DNA of 64,000 nucleotides from a bacterium (GCA_963641945.1 CAVIDW010000001.1:31136-95135), one strand, 5' to 3'; positions 1 to 10,765 are shown, numbered from the stretch's first letter. Made by a program: numbers and translations. Notes: generated by a model not told the origin, from the sequence alone.

Positions 1-31
1 TTCTGTAATAGAAATTCCTAAATCAGTTATT

Positions 32-1096
32 TTATTGATCATTATGTTCTCCAAGATGCATTCTTTCATCTTCAGCAATTAAAGCTTCAAGAAGTTCTTC
101 TAAATCGCCTTCCATAATTTTATCTAAATGCATAACTGTATAATTAATTCTATGATCTGTTAATCTATTTTGTGGATAGTTATATGTTCTTATTTTTTCT
201 GCTCTATCTCCAGTTCCTATTTTACTTCTTCTTTCATTACCAAGTTTTTCGTCTTGTTCACGTTGTTTTAAATCATAAAGTCTTGTTTTAAGAATTTGCA
301 TAGCTCTTTCTTTGTTCTTTATTTGACTTCTTTCTACTTGGCAATAAACTATTATTCCTGTTGGAATATGAGTAAGTCTTACAGCAGAATCAGTTGTATT
401 AACACATTGTCCTCCTGCTCCACTACTTCTTGTAATATCTACTCTTACATCACTATCTTTTATTTCAATATCTATTTCTTCTACTTCTGGCATAACTAGA
501 ACTGTAGCAGTTGATGTATGAACTCTTCCTTGAGATTCTGTTTCTGGAACTCTTTGAACTCTGTGTGCTCCACTTTCATATTTTAATTTTGAATATACAG
601 CTTCACCACTAATTACTACTTCTATTTGTGAATATCCTCCACTTTCTCCAGGAACTTCATGAGTTATTTCTAATTTCCAGCCTTGTTTTTCAGCATATTT
701 ACTGTACATTCTAAATAAATCTCCAGCAAATATATTAGCTTCATCTCCACCTGCTGCTCCACGAATTTCCATAACGATATTCTTTTCATCATTAGGATCT
801 TTTGGTAATAACATAACTTTTAATTTATTTTCTAAACTATCTCTTTCAGCATGCAGATTATCTAATTCCTCATTAGCAAACTCTCTCATATCTGGTTCTT
901 TAAGCATTTCTTTTGCTGCTTCAATATCATCTAATACAGTTTTATATCTTCTATAAGTTTCAACCGTTTTTTCAATAGAGTTCTTTTCTTTAGATATTTC
1001 TTGCATTTTTTTATAATCTTCATAAATCTCTGGTTTTAATAGTTCATCACAAAGATTATTATATTTTTCTTCTAATATTTCTAATCTTTCTTTCAT
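32..1096 (-). CDS. prfA: peptide chain release factor 1
   Basis: 354 aa. GGQ motif (SGAGGQ) and an RF1-type tripeptide region (RVQRVPETESQGRVHTS). Typical RF1 length. Confidence 0.9.
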   Translation of the reverse strand: MKERLEILEEKYNNLCDELLKPEIYEDYKKMQEISKEKNSIEKTVETYRRYKTVLDDIEAAKEMLKEPDMREFANEELDNLHAERDSLENKLKVMLLPKDPNDEKNIVMEIRGAAGGDEANIFAGDLFRMYSKYAEKQGWKLEITHEVPGESGGYSQIEVVISGEAVYSKLKYESGAHRVQRVPETESQGRVHTSTATVLVMPEVEEIDIEIKDSDVRVDITRSSGAGGQCVNTTDSAVRLTHIPTGIIVYCQVERSQIKNKERAMQILKTRLYDLKQREQDEKLGNERRSKIGTGDRAEKIRTYNYPQNRLTDHRINYTVMHLDKIMEGDLEELLEALIAEDERMHLGEHNDQ

Positions 1097-1133
1097 ATTT
1101 GTTCCTTTCTATTTTATTTGAAATAAACATGAG

Positions 1134-1574
1134 CTAAAGATCTGATTCGTCTTCATATCCTTCATCTACAATAACTAAATCTTTATAGTCATCTTCTTCT
1201 TTATCATCATCCATATCATCTATATCGTCATAGTAGTCAGATTCTTCATTTTCTTCATATTCTTTTTCTTCTTCTAGAATGATGTCGTCATCATCATCTT
1301 CTAATTCTTTAATATTTATTTCAGATGTATGATTTTCTCTTAAATCCCAATATCCTTTTTCTAATTGAATAAATCTTTTTTCTGTTGCAAGTAATGCAAA
1401 AAAATCTCCAATTTGATTTTCAAATGCTTTATCTCCTAAATTTAGAGTATCGCATATTATTTTAAATATATCATTAATTTTCATTTTTTTACCTTTTTCT
1501 TTTAAGATGATATAAGCAATATCATCAAAAGGTAATACTTCTAAATCTTCTTTACTTATTGTTTTAAATTTCAT
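1134..1574 (-). CDS. rpoE: DNA-directed RNA polymerase delta subunit (RpoE-like): N-terminal HARE-HTH-like domain plus a strongly acidic D/E-rich tail
   Basis: 146 aa. The N-terminal ~90 aa resemble Firmicute RpoE (...GDFFALLATEKRFIQLEKGYWDLRE). The C-terminal ~60 aa are poly-Asp/Glu, as in delta subunits. Confidence 0.65.
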   Translation of the reverse strand: MKFKTISKEDLEVLPFDDIAYIILKEKGKKMKINDIFKIICDTLNLGDKAFENQIGDFFALLATEKRFIQLEKGYWDLRENHTSEINIKELEDDDDDIILEEEKEYEENEESDYYDDIDDMDDDKEEDDYKDLVIVDEGYEDESDL

Positions 1575-1690
1575 TATTTAAAGCCTCCTCAAGCCCTTTT
1601 CTTCTTTCCATTAAAATTATACATACTTTTTTTTATAAATCAAGTATTTTTTATTTATTTATATCTCATAATAAATAACAGGTAATAATT

Positions 1691-3613
1691 ATGAAATATA
1701 CAAACAAATTTTTAAAAATTTTAATTTTAATTATTTTTGCTATTATTATAATAGATATATCATTTTATGTGTATGCTTATATCACACCTAAATTTCCTAT
1801 TTATACAAATAATAATATTACCTATTATGATATAAATGGTAATGATATGTTTAATTCTAATAATAATGATTATGTTAAACTTGATGAAATAAGTCCTGAT
1901 GTTATTAATGCTATTGTGTCTATCGAAGATAAAAATTTTTATAAACATAATGGATTTGATTTTCTTAGAATAGCTAAAGCTATGGTTATTAATATAACTA
2001 GCGGGAAAATAAAACAAGGTGCTTCTACTATATCTCAACAGTATGTAAAAAACCTTTATTTGACATTTGATAAGACTTGGAAAAGAAAAATTAAAGAAGC
2101 TTTTTTAACTATAGAACTTGAAACTCATTATAGTAAAGAAGAAATACTTGAAGGTTATTTAAATACTATTAATTTTGGAGCAGGATGTTATGGAATAAAG
2201 AATGCAAGTAATTATTATTTTAATAAAAATCCTAAAGATTTAACTATTGAAGAAGCTACTCTTTTAGTTGGGATACCTAAGAGTCCCATATATTTTAATC
2301 CTATTACAAATTATGATAACTCAAAAGATAGACAATATGATGTTATTTATAGTATGTTTAAAAATAATTATATTAATAAAAATGATATTGATAAAATATA
2401 CAACAAAGAATTAAATTTTTATGGTAAGAAAGAAAAACATGAATTATCTAGTATTTATTATTATAGAGATTCTGTATTAAAAGAAATGTCAAATATTAGT
2501 GAAATACCTGATACTTTACTTGACTTAAATAAAATTAAAATATACACAAATTTTAATAGTGATGTACAAAAAACTTTAGAAAATTGTATTGATGAAGAAA
2601 CAAAAAATACAAATATGCAAATAGCTTCTACTGTAATTGATCCAAAAACTGGAAAAGTACTTGCTTTAATTGGTGGTAAAGATTATTCTATAAGTCAATA
2701 TAATAGAGCTAGTTCAGCTAAAAGACAAGTTGGTTCAACTATTAAACCTTTTTTATATTATTCTGCTTTGGAGAATGGTTTTACTCCGTCTAGTACGTTT
2801 TTAAGTGAAAAAACTACATTTAATATTGGAAATGAATTATATTCTCCTAAAAATGCTAATAATGTATATGCTAATAAAAATATATCTATGATATCAGCTA
2901 TTGCATATTCTGATAATATTTATGCACTTAAAACTCATTTATTTCTTGGACAAGATAATTTATCAAAAACAATTGAAAGAGTTAAAATTAAAACACCAGT
3001 TAAAAATAATGCTAGTTCTGCTCTTGGAACTACAGAAATTAACATGTTAGATTATGCTAATGGATTTATTACTTTAGCAAATGAAGGTAAACATGAAAGT
3101 CCTCATTTAATAGAAAGAATTGAAGACATAAATGGAAATATTATATATGAATATAAATATGAAAATGAGTATGTATTAAATAAAAAATACGTTTATATTT
3201 TAAATAATCTTTTAACATCTACGTATAATTATAATCTTGTAAATTATGCTTCACCTACTTTAGTTAGTATTTCAAATAAATTAGATAGTAAATATGCTGT
3301 TAAAAGTGGAAGCACTGCAACTGATTATTGGACTGTTGGATATAACAAAAATGTTCTTGTTCTTGTTTGGGCAGGAAATGATGATAATAGTAAAGTTAAA
3401 TCATCTGATTCAAGAATTACTAAATATATTTGGGCTAATACTATAACTAATTTAGATGTAAATAAAAAGGAATGGTATGACATTCCTAAAGGTGTTACTT
3501 CAAGTGTTATTGATCCGATTAGTGGTAATGTTTCAGTTAAAGGCTTTGTTTGTTTTTATGAAAAAGGTACTGAACCTAATTATATTTATAATAATATTTT
3601 TAATCCAAATTAA
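1691..3613 (+). CDS. class A penicillin-binding protein (glycosyltransferase GT51 + transpeptidase)
   Basis: 640 aa. N-terminal TM helix, GT51 motifs (SIEDKNFYKHNGFD, ISQQYVKN), transpeptidase SxxK (GSTIKPF) and KSG (VKSGST). Confidence 0.8.
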   Translation: MKYTNKFLKILILIIFAIIIIDISFYVYAYITPKFPIYTNNNITYYDINGNDMFNSNNNDYVKLDEISPDVINAIVSIEDKNFYKHNGFDFLRIAKAMVINITSGKIKQGASTISQQYVKNLYLTFDKTWKRKIKEAFLTIELETHYSKEEILEGYLNTINFGAGCYGIKNASNYYFNKNPKDLTIEEATLLVGIPKSPIYFNPITNYDNSKDRQYDVIYSMFKNNYINKNDIDKIYNKELNFYGKKEKHELSSIYYYRDSVLKEMSNISEIPDTLLDLNKIKIYTNFNSDVQKTLENCIDEETKNTNMQIASTVIDPKTGKVLALIGGKDYSISQYNRASSAKRQVGSTIKPFLYYSALENGFTPSSTFLSEKTTFNIGNELYSPKNANNVYANKNISMISAIAYSDNIYALKTHLFLGQDNLSKTIERVKIKTPVKNNASSALGTTEINMLDYANGFITLANEGKHESPHLIERIEDINGNIIYEYKYENEYVLNKKYVYILNNLLTSTYNYNLVNYASPTLVSISNKLDSKYAVKSGSTATDYWTVGYNKNVLVLVWAGNDDNSKVKSSDSRITKYIWANTITNLDVNKKEWYDIPKGVTSSVIDPISGNVSVKGFVCFYEKGTEPNYIYNNIFNPN

Positions 3614-3614
3614 A

Positions 3615-3641
3615 ACACAGAATAAATCTGTGTTTTTTTTA
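3615..3641. terminator. bidirectional rho-independent terminator between the convergent PBP and SPFH genes
   Basis: Stem AACACAG/CTGTGTT with a 7-nt loop, followed by a T8 run (and an A-run on the other strand). Confidence 0.55.
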
Positions 3642-4802
3642 TTAATCTAATTTTGCTCCGCAGTTACTACAGAATTTTCCTGTTCCTTTTGTATGGCATT
3701 CAGGACATTCTTTAGATTCTTCTTCTTTAATTTCAACAATTGGTTCTTCTGTTCTACCAAAGATTGTACCCATTTCTGGTTGTTGATTTCCTGGTTGATA
3801 TCCAGCTACATCTGATCCTTGATTTGCTGCATTCATCATACTTCCAGCTGCTCCATTTGCCATATTCATTCCCATGAATCCCATCATTGCTCCATTTGAA
3901 TTACTTGAAGCATTTCTTAAAGCATCAGCAGAAGCACTAGCCATTAATCCTGATTGTAAATTTTTATTTGAGAAAATAGTTGCTTCATCAATCTTATTAA
4001 CTTTTGTCATTGAATCATCAGTTAAATTAATATCTCCAATAGCAACATCTGTAATTTCTAATCCATAATTCTTTTTCCATGATTCATCTAAGCATACATT
4101 CATTTCATTTGAAATATCACTATTATATAAACCAATATCTCCAAAAGAAACTTTATTTTTTCTCATAACTATTGAAATTGCTTGAGTAACTTGTTCTACA
4201 AATTTAGCTTGTAATTGACTTCCAACAATTTCTTCATATGTAACAGTATCTTCTGGATTAGCTCCAATTACACTATTAACCAAAAGAATTGGGTCAGCTA
4301 CTTTAAATGCATATTCTCCAAAGAATGTAACTTCTAACATACCATATTTTTCATCAGTAATCTTTTTAGGCTGTGGTGAACCAAATTTATTTCCGGTAAT
4401 TGTTAATAAATTTACAAAGTAAACTCTTTGATCTTTAGCTGTTTGTCCACCATAAGTAAATCTTTTACCAATAGTTTTAAAAGTATCAATAATTCCTTTT
4501 CCTAAACCGCCTGTAAAAATACTTGGTTCGCTACTTGTATCATAATAAAAAGTTCCTGCTTCAGCTGTAAATTCTTTAATCTCTCCATTATCAATAATCA
4601 TCATTGCCATTCCTTGTGGAACTGCAATTGTACTACCATTTGAAATTATTCCTTCTGAAGGATTTTTGTTTCCTTCTCCATGATTTACTACTCCTTTTTG
4701 AATAATAACATTTTTTGCTATAGTTGGACAAGTTACAAATTCTTTAAATTGATCACCTAAAGCCGAAGTAGTAGCTCCAGATAATGCTTTAATTAATCCC
4801 AT
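3642..4802 (-). CDS. SPFH/band-7 family protein (YdjI-like) with C-terminal zinc ribbon
   Basis: 386 aa. N-terminus MGLIKA...LGDQFKEF and an internal GGLGKGIIDTFKTIGKRFTYGG...DQRVYFVN resemble B. subtilis YdjI. C-terminal CPECH...CSNCGAKL zinc ribbon. Confidence 0.55.
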   Translation of the reverse strand: MGLIKALSGATTSALGDQFKEFVTCPTIAKNVIIQKGVVNHGEGNKNPSEGIISNGSTIAVPQGMAMMIIDNGEIKEFTAEAGTFYYDTSSEPSIFTGGLGKGIIDTFKTIGKRFTYGGQTAKDQRVYFVNLLTITGNKFGSPQPKKITDEKYGMLEVTFFGEYAFKVADPILLVNSVIGANPEDTVTYEEIVGSQLQAKFVEQVTQAISIVMRKNKVSFGDIGLYNSDISNEMNVCLDESWKKNYGLEITDVAIGDINLTDDSMTKVNKIDEATIFSNKNLQSGLMASASADALRNASSNSNGAMMGFMGMNMANGAAGSMMNAANQGSDVAGYQPGNQQPEMGTIFGRTEEPIVEIKEEESKECPECHTKGTGKFCSNCGAKLD

Positions 4803-4904
4803 AAATCTTCCTCTTTTCTTTTCATCTATTATAAGTATATCATTTATTTAATTTTTAGTAAAACATTTTTATTTTATTAATGTAAACAAATAAGATAAAA
4901 TACT

Positions 4905-6083
4905 TTAAGCTTTTTTATCTATTTCTATTATTATTTGATATTTGTCATCTAAATCCATTTCAGATGTTTCAATTAATCTACTTACTTCATCTAAACTAGA
5001 TACAAATTTTCTAACCTTTCCTATTACTTTTGGTAAATTAACTTCTCCGTCTTCAGAAATTAAACTATCTGTTTCTTCAATTATTGTTTCTTTTTTCTTT
5101 TCGAATACTGGATTTTCTTCTTCTAACTCTTTTACTTCAAACTGATTTATTGATTGTGATGGAGTAAGTTCAATTGCTTCAATCGAATCTTCTAATTTAG
5201 TTTCTTCTTTTAGTTCCTCATGCATTTCGAATACTGGTTTTTCTTGTTTAATATTTTCTATTATATTTAAAGTATTAGTACTTTGAAATGGATTGATTAT
5301 TTCTCTATCATCTTTGTATTCTACAAGTTCCGATTTTTCATTATCTGGTTCTAATTTTTTTTGTTCATTTATATCTATTACTTGAGGCACATCTATTTTA
5401 ATTTCTTCTGTAGGCTTATTTTTCTGAGGATTTAAGAATAATTCAATATCTTTTGGAATATCAAAATGATTACTATCTTTATTTAAAATCATACTCACTT
5501 CATCTTCAGTTTGTTTAACTGTTAATTTTTCATTTATGATTCTATTTAATAAATTTATTTGTAAATCTTTATTACTTAAAGATAATAAAGTTCTAGCATG
5601 TCTTTCTGATATTTTGTTATATAATAATGCATCTTGAACTTCTTTAGGTAAGTTTAAAAGTCTTAATCTATTTGCAACAGAAGATTGGCTCACTCCAAGT
5701 TTTTGAGCTATATCATCTTGTGTGAATCCTCTATTCATTAGTTTCTTATATGATTGAGCTTCTTCAATGACAGTTAAATTTTTTCTTTGAAGATTTTCTA
5801 ATAAAGCTATTTCAGCACTTGTATCATCATCTGTGTTATTCATAATTGCTGGAATTCTTTTAAGACCAGCTAAACATGATGCTTTATATCTTCTTTCACC
5901 AGCAATAATTTCATATTTTTCTCCTATCTTTCTTACGACAATAGGTTGTATAACACCATATTTAATTATAGAATTAGCTAAATCATTTAATTCTTTTTCA
6001 TTAAATGCTAATCTTGGTTGAAATCTATTTGGTAGTATATCTTCTACTGGTATATATAAAACTTTATCTTTATTATCTTCCAT
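4905..6083 (-). CDS. parB: ParB/Spo0J/Noc-family partition protein with long acidic/Lys-rich C-terminal extension; no adjacent parA
   Basis: 392 aa. ParB N-domain motifs (RFQPR, IQPIVVR, GERRYKA) and an HTH (TQDDIAQKLGVSQSSVANRLRLL). About 150 aa of low-complexity sequence precede the C-terminus. Confidence 0.8.
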   Translation of the reverse strand: MEDNKDKVLYIPVEDILPNRFQPRLAFNEKELNDLANSIIKYGVIQPIVVRKIGEKYEIIAGERRYKASCLAGLKRIPAIMNNTDDDTSAEIALLENLQRKNLTVIEEAQSYKKLMNRGFTQDDIAQKLGVSQSSVANRLRLLNLPKEVQDALLYNKISERHARTLLSLSNKDLQINLLNRIINEKLTVKQTEDEVSMILNKDSNHFDIPKDIELFLNPQKNKPTEEIKIDVPQVIDINEQKKLEPDNEKSELVEYKDDREIINPFQSTNTLNIIENIKQEKPVFEMHEELKEETKLEDSIEAIELTPSQSINQFEVKELEEENPVFEKKKETIIEETDSLISEDGEVNLPKVIGKVRKFVSSLDEVSRLIETSEMDLDDKYQIIIEIDKKA

Positions 6084-6159
6084 AATCTTTCCTCTTTATT
6101 CTTATTATAATTTTAATCCATTTTATAAATTTTATCAAGATAAAAGTAGTATTTGGTTA

Positions 6160-6864
6160 CTACTTATATTTTTTTACTATTTTTGAATAGTTTTCTGGAT
6201 ATTTTATATTTGTTTTCTTTGTTTTTTTAAATACAGGTATTGTTCTAAAAGCATTATTTATTGGTAAATTATATGTTATTTTTTTAGTTAATTCTAAATC
6301 TAATTCTTTTAATAAATATTTATATTTTAATAATTCTTCATCACAATTAGATTTTAATGGAGAAAGATAACCATTTACTTTTACTAATGATGATGATAGT
6401 TCTAAAATAATTGGTATTGATGTTACTGCTCTACATGTAACAATATCAAATTTTTCTCTATTTTCTCTTGAATAGTCTTCTACTCTTGAATTTATTATTT
6501 CAACATTTTTTAAATTTAATTCTTTTTTTATGTGTTCTAAAAATGAACATTTTTTAGTATTAGACTCTATTAAAGTAACATTCAAATTATCAAATACTAT
6601 AGCAAGTACTAATCCTGGGAAACCAGCTCCTGTACCAAAATCACATAAAGACTTAGTAGTATTTAGATCAACTGCTTTTACTAAACATAGTGAATCATAA
6701 AAGTGAAGTAAAAATACATCTTTTTCTTCTAAAATAGTAGTCATGTTGAATTTATTATTCCATTCTACTAATGATTTAAAATAACTATATAATTTGTTAT
6801 AAATATCTTCTGTAATGCCTACATTAAGTGTTTTACAATTAGTTATAAATTCTTGTTTATTCAT
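6160..6864 (-). CDS. rsmG: 16S rRNA (guanine527-N7)-methyltransferase
   Basis: 234 aa. SAM motif DFGTGAGFPGLVLAI. Conserved position after mnmG. Confidence 0.9.
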   Translation of the reverse strand: MNKQEFITNCKTLNVGITEDIYNKLYSYFKSLVEWNNKFNMTTILEEKDVFLLHFYDSLCLVKAVDLNTTKSLCDFGTGAGFPGLVLAIVFDNLNVTLIESNTKKCSFLEHIKKELNLKNVEIINSRVEDYSRENREKFDIVTCRAVTSIPIILELSSSLVKVNGYLSPLKSNCDEELLKYKYLLKELDLELTKKITYNLPINNAFRTIPVFKKTKKTNIKYPENYSKIVKKYK

Positions 6865-8719
6865 TATTATATTCCTTTTTTAAATAAACTAATAACATAG
6901 TAATATCTGATGGATTTACTCCACTTATTCTTGATGCTTGTCCTATTGTTAAAGGTCTAATTTTTTCAAATTTTTGTCTTGCTTCTGTAGCTATATTTTT
7001 AACTTTACTATAGTCAATATCTGAAGGTATTTGTTTTTCTTCTAATTTTAACATTTTTTTAACTTCATTCTTAGTTTTATTAATATATCCTTCATATTTA
7101 ATATCAGTTTCAACCATTTCTATTATTTCTTTATCACATTCATAACCAATAAGTTTTAATAATTCAGATAATTCTATTTCAGGTCTTTTAACCAAATCAA
7201 TTAATTTTATTTTTCCTGTTAAAGGTGATGAATTATGTTCTTTTAAAAAAATATTATTTTTTTCATTATAATCTAAATAATTTGTATTTAAATAGTTATT
7301 TAATTCTTTTATAGAATTCATCTTTTCATTGTAAATAGACCATTTTTCATCATTTATTAATCCAAATTTTCTTCCATATTCAGTTAATCTAATCATAGCA
7401 TTATCATGTCTTAATAATAATCTGAATTCAGCTCTTGAAGTTAATAATCTATATGGTTCAGTGATACCTTTATTGATTAAATCATCTACTAAAACTCCAA
7501 TATATGCTTCATTTCTTTTTAAGATAAATGGTGGTTTGTTTTCAATTTTTAATACAGCATTTATACCAGCAATTAAACCTTGTGCTGCTGCTTCTTCATA
7601 ACCACTTGTTCCATTTATTTGACCTGCTGTAAATAAATTTTCTATTATTTTACTTTCAAGTGACATTTTTAATTGCATTGGATCAATAGCATCATATTCA
7701 ATAGCATATCCATATTTAGTTATAACGCAATCATGTAATCCTTCCATAGTGTGAAGTAATTTTTCTTGGATTTCATGGGGCATTGTAGTAGAAAAACCGC
7801 CTACATAATATTCTATATCATCACTTCTTTCTGGTTCTAAGAATATTTGGTGTCTTTCTTTATCATTAAATTTTACTACTTTATCTTCTATTGATGGACA
7901 ATATCTAGGTCCTACACCTTTAATCATTCCACTATAAAGGGAACATTTATCTAAATTATCCATTATTATTTTATGAGTTTCTTTATTTGTATAAGTTAAA
8001 TAACATGGCCATTGTTCATCTACTTTATAAGATGCCTTATAAAAATTACTAAATGTTAAAGGTTCATTATCGCCTAGTTCAGGAATTACTTCATTAAAAT
8101 TAATTGAACTCTTAAGTATTCTTGGAGGAGTTCCTGTTTTTAATCTTATAATAGTTAAACCATTTTTTCTTAATGACTCACTTAAAAACATAGAATTTTT
8201 TTCTCCATGTGGTCCGCCTTTATGACTTTCATGTCCACACATAATATCTGAGTTTAAATATGTTCCTGTTGTTAGAATTACTGCATCACTAAATATTTTT
8301 TCATTTTCTTCAGTAACAATTCCTTTTACACATGAATTTTCAACTATTAATTCTTTTGCAAATCCTTCTTTTAAGTCTAAATTTTCTTGATTTTTTAGAG
8401 TATTTAACATTTCTTTTGGATAATTAATTTTGCATCCTTGAGCTCTTAATGATCTTACTCCGGGTCCTTTTTTTACATTCAACATTTTAATTTGTAAAAG
8501 TGTTTTATCAGCATTATATCCCATTTCTCCACCTAATGCATCTATTTCTCTTACAACAATTCCTTTTGCAGAACCACCTATTGAAGGATTACATGGCATA
8601 TCAGCAACATTATTTAAATTTCCTGTGATTAACAATGTTTTTTTACCCATTCTGGCACTTGCTAATGCAGCTTCACATCCGGCGTGTCCTCCACCTACAA
8701 CTATAATTTTATAATTCAT
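6857..8719 (-). CDS. mnmG: tRNA uridine-5-carboxymethylaminomethyl modification enzyme MnmG (GidA)
   Basis: 620 aa. FAD-binding N-terminus (VVGGGHAGCEAA), full-length GidA similarity, overlaps rsmG. Confidence 0.95.
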   Translation of the reverse strand: MNYKIIVVGGGHAGCEAALASARMGKKTLLITGNLNNVADMPCNPSIGGSAKGIVVREIDALGGEMGYNADKTLLQIKMLNVKKGPGVRSLRAQGCKINYPKEMLNTLKNQENLDLKEGFAKELIVENSCVKGIVTEENEKIFSDAVILTTGTYLNSDIMCGHESHKGGPHGEKNSMFLSESLRKNGLTIIRLKTGTPPRILKSSINFNEVIPELGDNEPLTFSNFYKASYKVDEQWPCYLTYTNKETHKIIMDNLDKCSLYSGMIKGVGPRYCPSIEDKVVKFNDKERHQIFLEPERSDDIEYYVGGFSTTMPHEIQEKLLHTMEGLHDCVITKYGYAIEYDAIDPMQLKMSLESKIIENLFTAGQINGTSGYEEAAAQGLIAGINAVLKIENKPPFILKRNEAYIGVLVDDLINKGITEPYRLLTSRAEFRLLLRHDNAMIRLTEYGRKFGLINDEKWSIYNEKMNSIKELNNYLNTNYLDYNEKNNIFLKEHNSSPLTGKIKLIDLVKRPEIELSELLKLIGYECDKEIIEMVETDIKYEGYINKTKNEVKKMLKLEEKQIPSDIDYSKVKNIATEARQKFEKIRPLTIGQASRISGVNPSDITMLLVYLKKEYNNE

Positions 8720-8729
8720 ATTAAAAAAC

Positions 8730-10079
8730 CTACTTTCCTAGGCAGAATTTGCTAAATATCTCATCTAGTAATTCGTCTCTATATGTATTTCCAGTAATTT
8801 CTCCAAGTGTTTCCCACAAGTTTTTAACATTTATTTCTAATAAATCTACTGGAATATCTTTATCTACTTCTTCATTTAATTCTTTTATAATTTCTAAACA
8901 TTTTCTAAGTAATCCAATTTGTCTAGCATTAGAAATGTATGTATAATCTGAATTTGTTAAATCATTTAGATTAAATATTTCTATTATTTTATTCTTTAAT
9001 AAATCTATTTTTGATTCATCTTTTGTATTAATTTTGATACTTTCAAATGATGATAATTCAGGTATTTCTTTGATATTTAAATCATCTTTATTGTAAACAA
9101 CTAATACTTTTTTATCTTTTATTTTTAATAATACCTCTTTGTCTTCTTTATCAAATTCAGTTCCTGAATCTACTACAAATAATATTAAGTCTGATTCATT
9201 GATTTTCTTTATACTTTTTTCTATTCCTATTGATTCAACTATTTCAGTTGTTTCTCTAATACCTGCTGTATCAAAGAAATTAACTTCAATTCCTTGTAAT
9301 AAAATAGTTCCTTCAACTATATCTCTTGTAGTTCCTTTTATGTCAGTAACTATTGCTTTTTCTTCTTTTAATAATTTGTTTAATATACTACTTTTACCTA
9401 CATTTGGTTTTCCAACAATAGCAATATTAATACCATTTTTTATTAATAATCCATTTTTACTTTCATCTAATAACTTATGAATTTCTTTATCAACATAGTT
9501 TGTTTTTTCTTTAATTAAATCGCATGTAATAACTACAGCATCTTCATATTCTGGATAATCTATATTTACTTCTATGTTTGCTATTAAAGACAAAATATTG
9601 TTTCTTAAATCATTTATTTTATTTGACAATTCTTTATCTACACCTTTTATAGACATTTTTCGTGCATTATCAGTTTTTGAATTTATTAAATCAGATACTG
9701 CTTCTGCTTGAATTAAATCTATTCTTCCATTTAAAAAAGCTCTTTTTAAAAATTCTCCTGGTTCTGCTAATCTTGCTCCGTTACATAGTAGTAATTCCAT
9801 TATTTTATTAACACATACTTTTCCACCATGTGTATTTATTTCAACTATATCTTCTGTTGTGAATGATTTAGGACTTCTAAATACTGAAACTAATACTTCA
9901 TCTACTTTTTCATTATTGTCCGTAATAAATCCATATGAAATAGTATTTGATTCTTTCTTTGTTAAGTCTCTATCAAATATTTTATTTACTATTTCAATAG
10001 AAGTATCTCCACTTACTCTAATTACATTTATAGAACTTTCACCAACAAGTGTAGCTATAGCACAAATCGTATCTTTCAT
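8730..10079 (-). CDS. mnmE: tRNA modification GTPase MnmE (TrmE)
   Basis: G-domain GKPNVGKSS and DTAG, C-terminal CLGK. Start moved to the internal ATG at 10079, which has RBS AGGGGA 5 nt upstream. The ORF track extends to 10115. Confidence 0.93.
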   Translation of the reverse strand: MKDTICAIATLVGESSINVIRVSGDTSIEIVNKIFDRDLTKKESNTISYGFITDNNEKVDEVLVSVFRSPKSFTTEDIVEINTHGGKVCVNKIMELLLCNGARLAEPGEFLKRAFLNGRIDLIQAEAVSDLINSKTDNARKMSIKGVDKELSNKINDLRNNILSLIANIEVNIDYPEYEDAVVITCDLIKEKTNYVDKEIHKLLDESKNGLLIKNGINIAIVGKPNVGKSSILNKLLKEEKAIVTDIKGTTRDIVEGTILLQGIEVNFFDTAGIRETTEIVESIGIEKSIKKINESDLILFVVDSGTEFDKEDKEVLLKIKDKKVLVVYNKDDLNIKEIPELSSFESIKINTKDESKIDLLKNKIIEIFNLNDLTNSDYTYISNARQIGLLRKCLEIIKELNEEVDKDIPVDLLEINVKNLWETLGEITGNTYRDELLDEIFSKFCLGK

Positions 10080-10147
10080 AAAAGTCCCCTTTCTTTCCAC
10101 AAGATTATAGCACAATCAATATTAATTTACAATAAAAAAGAGTATTT

Positions 10148-10765
10148 CTACTCTTCCGTTTTAACATATTTAATAACAACATATCTATTTGGATCTTCTC
10201 CTTCACTCTCTGTTGTTATATGTTTAAAGTTCTGTAATGCAGAATGAACAACTCTTCTGTCATATGCATTCATTGGATCAAGTTTTACATCTACTTTTGT
10301 TTTACTTACTTCTTTAGCAATTTGTTTAACTTTCTTTTCTAAGAAGTAATTTTGTTTTTCTTTATAATTTTCTACATCTACAGATACATTAACAAATATA
10401 TCTAATGTATTTAAAATAGCTTGTCTTAAATAAGTTTGTATTGAATCTAATATATGACCTTTTTTACCAATTAATACTGAATTATTTTGAGAATAAATTT
10501 CATATTTAATTTGTTTGTCTCTTATTTTTGTTTCAATGTTAGCGTTTATATTTAATGAATTTAATAATTCACGTAATATGTCTTTTCCTAATTCAGCAAC
10601 ATCACTTAGTTTTACTACTTCTAAAGTATATTTTTTTCCACTAAATAATCCACCCTTTTCTTCATATGTACTAGTAACAATGTCTTCTTCTTTAACATTT
10701 AATTCTTCTAAAGCTTTTTCTAATAAATCTTTTTCACTTTTAGCTTGAAATTTATATTTTTCCAT
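10148..10765 (-). CDS. khpB: Jag/KhpB RNA-binding protein (Jag_N, KH, R3H)
   Basis: 205 aa. R3H-type C-terminus (RRVVHSALQNFKHITTESEGEDPNRYVVIK). Conserved position between yidC and mnmE. Confidence 0.8.
   Translation of the reverse strand: MEKYKFQAKSEKDLLEKALEELNVKEEDIVTSTYEEKGGLFSGKKYTLEVVKLSDVAELGKDILRELLNSLNINANIETKIRDKQIKYEIYSQNNSVLIGKKGHILDSIQTYLRQAILNTLDIFVNVSVDVENYKEKQNYFLEKKVKQIAKEVSKTKVDVKLDPMNAYDRRVVHSALQNFKHITTESEGEDPNRYVVIKYVKTEE

Noticed and set aside
296-499. Antisense or overlapping low-complexity ORFs from the six-frame track: 296-499, 1760-2038, 3874-4068, 4942-5145, 5833-6021, 8749-8946, 9139-9480, 9859-10110, 10515-10748, 16889-17161, 20702-21109, 23583-23864, 26185-26370, 32881-33087, 34734-34964, 35202-35393, 46127-46354, 48423-48695, 51273-51587, 51687-51890, 51832-52020, 52371-52601, 54267-54605, 56261-56470, 58698-58892, 63449-63673, 63674-63862
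   Set aside because: All lie fully inside well-supported genes on the opposite strand or in another frame. They have the Ile/Phe/Ser/Leu-rich composition expected from reading AT-rich DNA out of frame. None has an RBS.
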